Shown here in pieces: positions 27,423-36,376 of a DNA stretch of 60,372 bases (within the stretch, counting starts at the first letter, position 1; the number at the start of each line of letters is the position of its first letter). The notes beneath the pieces were generated by a model. It saw nothing but the letters and a program-made list of their open reading frames with translations, was not told the DNA's origin and made no database searches. This DNA comes from Microcoleaceae cyanobacterium (GTDB taxonomy: Bacteria; Cyanobacteriota; Cyanobacteriia; Cyanobacteriales; Microcoleaceae): assembly GCA_051652765.1 (NCBI GenBank), contig JBOFUV010000106.1:1-60372 (forward strand), given 5' to 3'. Position numbers and translations under genes: made by a program.

Positions 27423-30400
27423 ATGAAATATGTAAACTTAATTACTGAAAAAATTTGGTCAAAGCTGCCGCTGAGAACTGCGTTGGTTCTGCCTTTTCTG
27501 ATCCAAATTGTCGGCGCAGTTGGATTGGTCGGATATTTGTCCTATCGCAGCGGGCAAAGTGTCGTAAATCAACTGGTGATTCGCCTGAGCCAGGAAGCAT
27601 CAGAACAGATTGAAAACCATATTTATAGTCAACTTGACAGGCCCATAACTGTCCTAGATGTGATTTTAAGCTCTATTGCTAATAATGAATTAGACCCAAC
27701 CGATTTTACTCAACTTCGCTGTAGTTTTTATGAGAAAGTCAGGCAACCAGAGTTAGTCAATCACTTGGGATTTGGTGACGTAAATGGAGATACGGTTTCC
27801 GTGGAGTGGGGAGAGCGCGAAGATGAGTCTAGAATCCTGGTTGCCAAGATCCGAGATCAATTCACTCGCCCAGAACGAGTCAGTTATGAGCTTGGCCCAG
27901 ATTGCAAGCTAGCCACTCAACTGGAGCGATCGCCCTACGATGCCAGAATCCGTCCCTGGTATCAGGCGGCGGTACTCGCAGGAGAGCGCACTTGGAGTCC
28001 CATTTACTACCTTCCAGGTGAGAACGAGATTGAATTCTCAGCGAGCGCCCCGGTTTACGACCCAGATAACCGTTTGATTGGGGTGCTCCATAGTGAGGTG
28101 ACCCTAGACGCGATTACTGAATTTCTGAGTGAGCTGGAGATTAGCACTTCCGGTCAGGCGATGATTATCAGTTCCTCTGGGGCCCTAGTGGCATCCACTT
28201 CGGAGGAACCCACCGTTCAAGCAGAAGGCTTGCTACAACGACCCAATATTGTAGATAGCAAGATGCCGATTGTTCGATCAACAGCGCAGCATCTCTTGAA
28301 AGAGTTTGGTCGATTTAGCCAGATCCGTCAGCAAGAACAGTTCATCTTTAAGTTGAATGGTCAGCGCGAAATTGTTCATGTGACTCCTTTAAAAGAGCAA
28401 TACGGATTGAATTGGTTGATTATTGTCGTCATCCCTGAATCCGACTTCATGGGAGAGATCAATCTGAATCTTCGCAGGAGCGCTCTGCTCTGTCTAGCCA
28501 CTCTGTTTTCGGCTATATTGGCTGGGTTGCTGACAACTCGTTGGGTGATTCGACCGATTGAGACCCTGAATCGAGCCGCAAAAGCAGTTGCTACCGGAAA
28601 GTTTGGTTACCGAGTCGAGATTGATCGAGCCGACGAACTCGGAAAACTGGGTGAATCGTTCAACAGCATGGCCCAACAGTTGCAAACCTCATTCATCAAC
28701 TTAAAATCTGTCAATGAAAACCTAGAAGCGCAGTCAAGACTAGCAGAAGTCGAATCTGAAGTTGGGCTGAGCTTGACTCGCGGACAAAACTTGGATGAGA
28801 TTCTGCAACATCATACCGAGTCTATGGTGATTTATTTAAATGCTTATTGTGCAGAGATTTGGTTATTGAACTCTAACAATAATTGCTTGGAGCTGCGATC
28901 AATCTCTGGGATGCAACCCCAACAGCAAGAAGAAAGCTGCTATTTGCCCGCTTACTACTCAGGAATCTCGTCAATTTTTACCACCCAGGAGACTTACATC
29001 ACCAATGATCTGGTCAATGATCAACGAATTAACTGCTGCGGTTGGGCAACTCAGCATAACGTGGCGGCATTTGCAGGCTATCCCCTGACACTCGAAAATC
29101 AACAAATCGGACTGATGACCCTGTTTACCCAGGAGCCCCTCTCTGAGGCCAGAGTTAAAGGATTAGAATTATTGGCTAATACCGTTGCCCTGGCGATTAA
29201 CCATAAAGTTTCCGAACAATTGTTGGCAGAATACCGTAAAAATCTGGAACAAAAGGTAGAAGAGCGGACAGCCGAATTAATGGTTGCCAAGGAAAAAGCT
29301 GAAGTCGCCAACCAAGCTAAAAGTACCTTTATTGCCAATATGAGTCATGAGCTGCGATCGCCCCTCAATGCCATTCTTGGATTTGCTCAAATTATGATGC
29401 GATCGCCTTTATTGGCGGGTGAAGATCAGGAAAACATTACCATTATTGCCCGTAGCGGAGAGCATCTTTTAAACTTAATTAATCAGGTTCTAGACCTATC
29501 TAAAATTGAAGCCGGACAGGTTGCCCTGACCCCTCAAAAAATTGATCTCTATCAGCTCATCGGTGATTTAGAGGATCTGTTTATTTTTAAAGCAGATGAA
29601 AAAGGATTGGAATTGCGCTTTGAAATCCATTCAGACACTCCACAATATATTAAGATAGATGCCTTGAAATTACGGCAAATTCTGATTAATCTCCTCAGCA
29701 ATGCCTTGAAATTTACTACAGAAGGCAGTGTCATTGTGCGAGTTCAGGGGCAATTGCTTGACCCGGAAAAAGTCGAGCTGTTATTTGAAGTCGAAGACAC
29801 AGGCTTAGGGATTGCACCAGAAGAACTCCATACTTTATTTGATGCCTTTGTTCAAACTCAAGTGGGCAGAGATGCCCAAGAGGGAACAGGGTTAGGACTC
29901 TCGATCAGCCAGGAATTTATTCAGCTCATGGGTGGGGAAATTACCGTGAGGTCTCAACTCGGCCAAGGCACATCATTCAAGTTTAATCTTCCAGCAGAAA
30001 TTGTGGAGGAGGTTACTGTCGAAAATGTTCAGAGTAAACGCCGTGTCATTGCCCTACAATCCCATGATTTTTCCCATAGAATCTTGATCGTAGATGACAA
30101 ACCTTTAAATCGTCAGCTTCTCGTCAAACTGCTTGTTCCCATAGGTTTCGAGCTTCAGGAAGCTGCCAATGGTCAAGAAGCGATTGACATTTGGCAACAG
30201 TGGGAACCTCATCTGGTTTGGATGGATGTCCGAATGCCAGTGATGGATGGATACCAAGCAACAAGGGAAATTAAAGCGACTCCAAAGGGTCAAGCAACAC
30301 CAATTATTGCCTTGACGGCTAGTATTTTTGAGGAGGAGCGAGCATTGGTTTTGTCGGCTGGATGTAATGACTTTATGCGGAAGCCATTTCGAGAAGCAGA

Positions 30401-30740
30401 AATTTTTGACATGATCAGTAAACATCTTGGGGTACAGTATATCTATGAAGATTTAACAGAAGATTCAATCAAGAATCTAACCGAAAATAAACAGTCAAAG
30501 ACTGTCAACAGGTTCTCAAAAACCCTTTTAAAAGCTCAACTGAAACAACTTCCGTTAGAATGGCAAGAAGACCTAGAACAAGCAATTTGTAAAGCTGATA
30601 CTGAGTTAATGGATCAGGCTCTGCAACAAATTAAAACTCGGGATTTAGCCTTGGCCTCTGCATTAAAAGCCGATCTTGACAACTTTGAATATAATAGAAT
30701 TCTGGAACTAATCCGGGAGAGCAAACAACAGGAGCTATAG
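27423..30740 (+). CDS. Hybrid sensor histidine kinase (TM, Cache, TM, HAMP, GAF, HisKA, HATPase, REC)
   Basis: YDARIRPWY (Cache), DELGKLGESFNSMA (HAMP), FAGYPL (GAF), MSHELRSPLN, NLLSNALKFT, GTGLGL, WMDVRMP. Confidence 0.95.
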   Translation: MKYVNLITEKIWSKLPLRTALVLPFLIQIVGAVGLVGYLSYRSGQSVVNQLVIRLSQEASEQIENHIYSQLDRPITVLDVILSSIANNELDPTDFTQLRCSFYEKVRQPELVNHLGFGDVNGDTVSVEWGEREDESRILVAKIRDQFTRPERVSYELGPDCKLATQLERSPYDARIRPWYQAAVLAGERTWSPIYYLPGENEIEFSASAPVYDPDNRLIGVLHSEVTLDAITEFLSELEISTSGQAMIISSSGALVASTSEEPTVQAEGLLQRPNIVDSKMPIVRSTAQHLLKEFGRFSQIRQQEQFIFKLNGQREIVHVTPLKEQYGLNWLIIVVIPESDFMGEINLNLRRSALLCLATLFSAILAGLLTTRWVIRPIETLNRAAKAVATGKFGYRVEIDRADELGKLGESFNSMAQQLQTSFINLKSVNENLEAQSRLAEVESEVGLSLTRGQNLDEILQHHTESMVIYLNAYCAEIWLLNSNNNCLELRSISGMQPQQQEESCYLPAYYSGISSIFTTQETYITNDLVNDQRINCCGWATQHNVAAFAGYPLTLENQQIGLMTLFTQEPLSEARVKGLELLANTVALAINHKVSEQLLAEYRKNLEQKVEERTAELMVAKEKAEVANQAKSTFIANMSHELRSPLNAILGFAQIMMRSPLLAGEDQENITIIARSGEHLLNLINQVLDLSKIEAGQVALTPQKIDLYQLIGDLEDLFIFKADEKGLELRFEIHSDTPQYIKIDALKLRQILINLLSNALKFTTEGSVIVRVQGQLLDPEKVELLFEVEDTGLGIAPEELHTLFDAFVQTQVGRDAQEGTGLGLSISQEFIQLMGGEITVRSQLGQGTSFKFNLPAEIVEEVTVENVQSKRRVIALQSHDFSHRILIVDDKPLNRQLLVKLLVPIGFELQEAANGQEAIDIWQQWEPHLVWMDVRMPVMDGYQATREIKATPKGQATPIIALTASIFEEERALVLSAGCNDFMRKPFREAEIFDMISKHLGVQYIYEDLTEDSIKNLTENKQSKTVNRFSKTLLKAQLKQLPLEWQEDLEQAICKADTELMDQALQQIKTRDLALASALKADLDNFEYNRILELIRESKQQEL

Positions 30741-30741
30741 T

Positions 30742-32235
30742 ATGAATCAGTCCAAGGATGACCCAGAGTATGAAGTTGAGAATAGTCTAGAAAGCAACTC
30801 AGAAAAGAGTTTAGAGAAAGGCGATATTCTTGTTGTGGACGATACTCCTGACAACCTTAGATTATTGGGAAATATTCTGAGAAAGCAGGGTTATAAAGTT
30901 CGGCTTGTACCCAACGGAGAACTTGCCCTAGCTGCAATTCAACTTTCTCCACCGGATTTGGTTCTGCTCGATATCATGATGCCTGATATGAATGGTTATG
31001 AGTTTTGTGTAAAGCTAAAATCAAACCTAGAAACTCATTCGAATCATAGGGATATTCCGATTATTTTTATCAGTGCAATTGATGATATTTTAGATAAGGT
31101 CAAGGCATTTGAAGTTGGAGGAGTAGACTACATTACCAAGCCGTTCCAAGTTAGGGAGGTCTTAGCTCGGGTCGAAACTCATCTTAAAATTCATTCGCTA
31201 CAAAAGAGTTTGCAGGAAAAAAATCAGGAACTTGCAGTCACCCTAGAACAGCTTAAAACTGCACAAAATCAATTAATTCAGTCTGAAAAAATGGTGGCCC
31301 TAGGGCAACTGGTTGCAGGGATAGCTCATGAGATTAATACTCCTCTCGGAGCGATTCGCTCTTCCATTGAGAATATCATGTCATTTCTCAATCACAACCT
31401 TCAAGAACTCCCCCAGTTTCTACAGCAATTAAGCCTTGAGCGTCAGCAAGATTTACTCCAACTCTCTCAATACGCATTTCAACAACGCAATTCTTTTTCA
31501 AGTCGAGAAAAGCGCCAATTGAGGCGTAATCTTAGCCAACAACTAGAATCTCAAAGTGTTCAGAATGCTGATGTGATTGCAGATACCCTCGTGGATCTAG
31601 GTGCATCAGATGACATCTCATCTGTCCTCCCCCTCCTGAATGATCCTCAAGGGGAAAAAATTCTAGATATGGCTTATCAAATTTCTAGTGTTCAGAAAAG
31701 TGCCCAAACCATTAGAACTGCCACTGATCGGGCCGCAAAAGTTGTATTTGCCCTCAAAACCTATGCTCGTTATGATCATTCGGGTCAGAAGATAGAATCT
31801 GATATTATTGAAGGGATTGAAACCGTATTAACGCTTTACTACAATCAGTTGAAACATGGGGTTGAAGTTACCAAGAATTACGATCAATCTTTGCCAGCAA
31901 TTCTCTGTTATCCGGATGAGCTCAATCAGGTGTGGACAAATTTAATCCACAATGCTTTACAAGCCATGGATAATCAGGGAATTCTAACCATTGATGTGGT
32001 ACAACAAGGCAACGCTCTATTGATTCAAATAACAGATACTGGAACGGGAATTGCTTCAGAAATTCAGCCTAGAATTTTTGAGCCTTTCTTTACGACAAAG
32101 CCTGCTGGTGAAGGGAGCGGTCTTGGGTTAGATATTGTCAAGAAAATTGTCGAAAAGCATGAGGGTAAAATTGAAGTTGAATCCCAGCCCGGTTGTACGA
32201 CATTCAGTGTCTTTTTGCCAATTCAGAGTCAGTAA
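30742..32235 (+). CDS. Hybrid REC-histidine kinase
   Basis: VVDD, LLDIMMP, KPF; EKMVALGQLVAGIAHEINTPLG; NLIHNA; FEPFFTTK; GSGLGL. Confidence 0.95.
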   Translation: MNQSKDDPEYEVENSLESNSEKSLEKGDILVVDDTPDNLRLLGNILRKQGYKVRLVPNGELALAAIQLSPPDLVLLDIMMPDMNGYEFCVKLKSNLETHSNHRDIPIIFISAIDDILDKVKAFEVGGVDYITKPFQVREVLARVETHLKIHSLQKSLQEKNQELAVTLEQLKTAQNQLIQSEKMVALGQLVAGIAHEINTPLGAIRSSIENIMSFLNHNLQELPQFLQQLSLERQQDLLQLSQYAFQQRNSFSSREKRQLRRNLSQQLESQSVQNADVIADTLVDLGASDDISSVLPLLNDPQGEKILDMAYQISSVQKSAQTIRTATDRAAKVVFALKTYARYDHSGQKIESDIIEGIETVLTLYYNQLKHGVEVTKNYDQSLPAILCYPDELNQVWTNLIHNALQAMDNQGILTIDVVQQGNALLIQITDTGTGIASEIQPRIFEPFFTTKPAGEGSGLGLDIVKKIVEKHEGKIEVESQPGCTTFSVFLPIQSQ

Positions 32236-32275
32236 CTAGAGTCAATAACTAGAGTCAACAAAAGCTGAAAAAACC

Positions 32276-32677
32276 ATGGGTAAACCTGTGATTCTCTGTG
32301 TGGATGATGAAACTGTTGTTTTAAACAGTCTCAAAATTCAACTTAAAAATGCATTCAAAGATGCTTATGTCTATGAAATGGCAGAGAGCGCAGATGAAGC
32401 GTGGGAAGTGTTGGAAGGTCTCCAAGACGATCAAACTGACGTGTTAGTGATTGTTTCAGATTGGCTAATGCCGGGAATGAAAGGAGATGAATTCCTCGTT
32501 CAAGTTCATCGAAAGTTTCCTGGTGTGCTTAAAATTATGCTAACAGGTCATGCCGACGGAGATGCCATCGAGAGAGCCATTCATGAAGCTGGTTTGTATC
32601 GATGCTTGCCTAAACCCTGGAGTAGTGAAGAGTTAGTTGTCACCATCAAGTCAGGGTTAAAAAACTATGGCAGGTAG
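32276..32677 (+). CDS. Single-domain response regulator
   Basis: LCVDDE, VSDWLMP, LTG, KPW. Confidence 0.93.
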   Translation: MGKPVILCVDDETVVLNSLKIQLKNAFKDAYVYEMAESADEAWEVLEGLQDDQTDVLVIVSDWLMPGMKGDEFLVQVHRKFPGVLKIMLTGHADGDAIERAIHEAGLYRCLPKPWSSEELVVTIKSGLKNYGR

Positions 32678-33692
32678 GCCCATTATTCTCTGTGTAGACG
32701 ACGAACGCACAATTTTAGATAGTCTCAAAGTTGAGCTAAAAAGTGTTCTGGGCCGTCGGTGTATGATCGAAACGGCGGAGGGAGGCCAGGAAGCTTTAGA
32801 ACTGATCAACGAACTTCAGGAAGGGCAGGAAGAGGTTGCAGTTGTTTTATCTGACTATATCATGCCAGGAATGAGGGGAGATGAACTGCTGCGCCAAATT
32901 CATGAGCGATCGCCCAAAACCCTAAAAATTTTACTGACCGGGCAGGCGGATCTACCTGCCATTGGTAACGCCATTCGCTATGCCAAGCTCTATCGATACA
33001 TTGCCAAGCCTTGGGAATCTGAAGACTTGAAGCTGACAGTGTTAGAAGCGATCAATAGCTATCAACAAGATCAGAAACTGGCCGAGCAAACCCAACAACT
33101 CCAACGAATGAACCAGGAGTTGCAACAAATGGCGGAGCAACTCCAACAGGTCAATTTTGAACTGCAACAGTTAGCAATTACCGATAGCCTGACTGAATTA
33201 GCTAATCGTCGTCAGTTCGATGCCTTTCTCACCCATGAATGGCTCCGGATGATGCGGGAAAAACAAGTCTTATCCTTGATTTTTTGCGATGTGGATTTTT
33301 TCAAAGACTATAACGATCGGTATGGTCATCCCCAGGGAGATCTCTGCTTACAACAAATTGCTCAAGTCATTCGCCGCACCGTTCAACGTCCGGGGGATTT
33401 GGCCGCTCGCTATGGCGGAGAAGAATTTGTGGTGATCTTGCCCAATACTCCAGCAGAAGGAGCTTTTACCGTATCAGAATTAATCCGTCAAGCCGTTAAA
33501 TCTCTCCGCATTCCCCACGCGGGTTCCAAAATCAGTGAGGTTGTTACCTTGAGTCTCGGGGTTTCAAGCTGGGTTCCTAGCCTTGACTTCTCCCCGGAAG
33601 ACCTGATCAAAGTCGCCGATCAAGCCCTTTATGAAGCCAAACAAGCAGGGCGCGATCGCACCATCCTCAAACTGTTTGCATCTTGTTGTTGA
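32667..33692 (+). CDS. Response regulator-diguanylate cyclase (REC, coiled coil, GGDEF)
   Basis: LCVDDE, LSDYIMP, KPW; DSLT, DVDFFK, I-site RPGD, GGEEF. Confidence 0.95.
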   Translation: MAGRPIILCVDDERTILDSLKVELKSVLGRRCMIETAEGGQEALELINELQEGQEEVAVVLSDYIMPGMRGDELLRQIHERSPKTLKILLTGQADLPAIGNAIRYAKLYRYIAKPWESEDLKLTVLEAINSYQQDQKLAEQTQQLQRMNQELQQMAEQLQQVNFELQQLAITDSLTELANRRQFDAFLTHEWLRMMREKQVLSLIFCDVDFFKDYNDRYGHPQGDLCLQQIAQVIRRTVQRPGDLAARYGGEEFVVILPNTPAEGAFTVSELIRQAVKSLRIPHAGSKISEVVTLSLGVSSWVPSLDFSPEDLIKVADQALYEAKQAGRDRTILKLFASCC

Positions 33693-33703
33693 CGGGAAGG
33701 ATT

Positions 33704-33744
33704 TAAAGTTCTCTAAAAGTTCTCTAAAAGTTCTCTAAAAGTTC
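33704..33744. repeat. 11-bp tandem repeat TAAAAGTTCTC x~4 overlapping the sfsA stop codon
   Basis: taaagttctc taaaagttctc taaaagttctc taaaagttc. Confidence 0.85.
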
Positions 33745-34502
33745 AACTGGCTAATCCCCAAATATCTCACCCCTTCCGGCGTGACCTCTATCCGACAGGG
33801 CAATATCTCTACTCCTTGTTGCATCGCAGTCCGCAGCAGTTGGCCATAAATCGGATCGGCGGCATCTCCCGGCGCAAACTGAGTACAGTCTCCCCGGTTA
33901 ATCAAGTACATCATCATTGCCCTTGAACCCTGTTGCACAACTTCAGTCAGTTCCCTTAAATGTTTTTGGCCCCGTTCGGTGACGGTATCAGGAAATAGGG
34001 CAGTGTCCCCAACGGCCCAAGTTGTGTTTTTCACTTCCAGATAAATTGGCTGAGACTCTCCAGTCAGCAGAAAGTCAACTCGACTTTTGCGATTCTGACC
34101 ATAGGGAACCTCCGGTTTAATCGCCCCATAGGCTCCCAACTCAGGAAACAATCGTTGTTCCAAGGCCAACTTTACAATCCGATTGGGCATGGCCGTATTA
34201 ATCCCCACCCAAACCGGTTGCGGGTCGATGACTTGAATCATTTCCCAGGTATAAGCCAATTTTCGCTGGGGATTTGAACTGTGAGACACCTGAACCAAAC
34301 TTCCAGGGGTACAAACCCCGGTCATGGGGCCTGTGTTGGGACAGTGGGCCGTCACGATCTCCCCAGAACTCAGTTGAATATCGGCGAGAAACCGTTTGTA
34401 ACGCTGGATCAGAACCCCCGACTGCAAGGGCTGATAACGGTACAGCCAATCTGCTGGGTTAATTTGCATACTCACTTGCATAAGCGCGATCGCCTCAGAC
34501 AT
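33735..34502 (-). CDS. sfsA: DNA/RNA nuclease SfsA (sugar fermentation stimulation protein)
   Basis: RYKRFLAD, AHCPNTGPM, SRVDFLL, LEVKN, FPDTVTERGQKHL; start codon uncertain. Confidence 0.95.
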   Translation of the reverse strand: MSEAIALMQVSMQINPADWLYRYQPLQSGVLIQRYKRFLADIQLSSGEIVTAHCPNTGPMTGVCTPGSLVQVSHSSNPQRKLAYTWEMIQVIDPQPVWVGINTAMPNRIVKLALEQRLFPELGAYGAIKPEVPYGQNRKSRVDFLLTGESQPIYLEVKNTTWAVGDTALFPDTVTERGQKHLRELTEVVQQGSRAMMMYLINRGDCTQFAPGDAADPIYGQLLRTAMQQGVEILPCRIEVTPEGVRYLGISQLNF

Positions 34503-34638
34503 AAGTTTAGATGAGAGAACTTTAATCTTCTACCTAGAATCTAAGCAGTTGAGGTGAAATAATTGAGACATGTTTCTCATCTTAGTCTCTCCCCAGCGGT
34601 GGAGAAATGTCCTGTTATCAGTCATACAAGTTGTCCCA

Positions 34639-36084
34639 ATGGGTGATGCATCAAGATATTGGAACCTAGTCAAGCTTGAAAGCTCGGGACAATGCAAGGT
34701 TGCTGAAATCGCCCTGGCAAAAGCATTTTTTACCTCAAAATTCCCTCAATTCAAGCCAGAATCAGAGGTTCCCGATACTCGTATCCAGCAAGATTTGCTG
34801 TGTTGGCGACAAACCCCTGCCGCCATCCACTCCCCTGAATTCGACCCAGTCTATGCCGATCTGTGTTTGCTGTGCTTTATTTCCCAGGAGATTGAACAGG
34901 TCTGCACCCACTTGGAGGGAAAATATGGCAAAGATCACCACTTCAACCGCCACGATCTGTACCCGTTTGTGCTCGATGAACAGGGAGAAATCCATAGGCC
35001 GAACCCCTCACCGTATCAATCCTTTGCCCGTGAAATTTTGCAGAGCTTTAATCCTGAACAAAGTAGCCTAGGCACTTGGGTCAATCGACGAGTCAAATCC
35101 CACATCGAACTCAACGCCTTCCTGTTAGAACAAGGCGTTTACCTGGTCAGCAATTGGGCAATTTTGAATGACACTCGCCCTCAACAACTGCCACGACTTT
35201 TAGCAACGCTCCATCAACTGACACCCAGTGAGATTGCCGACAATATTGGCTTACTCTCCAGTTACCATACGATCTACCGCACTCAACGGCTGCAACAACG
35301 ACAGTCAGGGTCTCACAGACGATGTCAACCGCCAACGAAAGCGCAGTATGAACAAATTGCTCAACTCGTAGCCCCTCAGCGAGGTCGAGAGGTTTCAGTC
35401 CAGATGGTCGCCAAAGAGCTACAAGTTCTGGCAACTCGGTTACGGGATTACCGGGTTTACGCGCGGGGAGGGCAAACCGCCACTCAGTCCCTAGAAAAAC
35501 TGGTTCAAGATCGGGGTGAAGTGATTTTGGGATCTTCATTTGAACCGATAGAAGATGAAGCAGTAGCCTCAGAAACCGTTGAATTTTTACAGCGCTACCG
35601 TCAAGAACTGCTGTACTGTCTAGATGCCGCCATTGCTGAAGTCACCCAAAGTCGTAAAACTCAGTTGCAAAAACGGGGAAGCAAATCAGAACAGTTTCTC
35701 AAGGCTCTCCGTTTGTTTCATTGTCGTGGGCATTCCATGGGAGAAATCGCCCAAGAACTGGGTCTCAAAGCCCAGTATCAGGTGAGTCGGTTACTGAACT
35801 TAAAAGCGTTTCGAGCCGATATCCGACAACAATTATTGCTGAAATTGCGCGATCGCATTCTCGAAGTTGCCAAAAACTATGTAGACGCAAAGCGATTAGT
35901 TGCCCTCGATCAAGAAATTGAGGCAGCTCTCGACGAGGAAGTCGCTAAAGTGATGCAGACAGAGGAATCAAACTCCCATATTGCCAACAATCGTCCCCTG
36001 AATAGTGTATTTGCGAAGCAACTTTGCAGTCAGATTGATCCCTCGAAACCTGCTGAATCTATCGCAATCAGGCATGATTCATGA
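34639..36084 (+). CDS. Hypothetical protein with sigma-70-like region 2 and C-terminal HTH (atypical sigma factor-like regulator)
   Basis: FNPEQSSLGTWVNRRV resembles sigma region 2.3/2.4; GHSMGEIAQELGLKAQYQVSRLL resembles a region 4 HTH; ATG 34639 preferred (ORF track 34570). Confidence 0.65.
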   Translation: MGDASRYWNLVKLESSGQCKVAEIALAKAFFTSKFPQFKPESEVPDTRIQQDLLCWRQTPAAIHSPEFDPVYADLCLLCFISQEIEQVCTHLEGKYGKDHHFNRHDLYPFVLDEQGEIHRPNPSPYQSFAREILQSFNPEQSSLGTWVNRRVKSHIELNAFLLEQGVYLVSNWAILNDTRPQQLPRLLATLHQLTPSEIADNIGLLSSYHTIYRTQRLQQRQSGSHRRCQPPTKAQYEQIAQLVAPQRGREVSVQMVAKELQVLATRLRDYRVYARGGQTATQSLEKLVQDRGEVILGSSFEPIEDEAVASETVEFLQRYRQELLYCLDAAIAEVTQSRKTQLQKRGSKSEQFLKALRLFHCRGHSMGEIAQELGLKAQYQVSRLLNLKAFRADIRQQLLLKLRDRILEVAKNYVDAKRLVALDQEIEAALDEEVAKVMQTEESNSHIANNRPLNSVFAKQLCSQIDPSKPAESIAIRHDS

Positions 36085-36161
36085 GATGTGTATGGTGCAA
36101 GCTTTTGGCTTGCGGGGGCAGATGCCCACTCCACGGTCACGTTTCAAATCAGATCGCCATA
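36060..36161. mobile_element. ~100-bp MITE/REP-like dispersed element, copy A
   Basis: TATCGCAATC...GGCAGATGCCCACTCCAC...CAAATCAGATCGCCATA; aligns with copies at 39715 and 54896. Confidence 0.7.
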
Positions 36162-36298
36162 ACAGTTGTCAAGATTGCAATCCAGATTCATCGAAACTCG
36201 CACAACAATTAAGCATAACTATCTAGGACAAAACCTTTAGAACAAAACCTTTAGCACACCTGCGATGCCGCACTCTACCCTTTCAGCATCAATCACAG

Positions 36299-36363
36299 AC
36301 AACAGTCAAACACAACGCTTAAACACAACGCTTAAACACAACAGTCAAACACAACACTTAAAG
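36299..36363. repeat. 13-bp tandem repeat x5 (ACAACRSTYAAAC-like) ending at the RBS of the DUF1822 gene
   Basis: acaacagtcaaac acaacgcttaaac acaacgcttaaac acaacagtcaaac acaacacttaaag. Confidence 0.9.
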
Positions 36364-36376
36364 AGGAGTCGTTACA

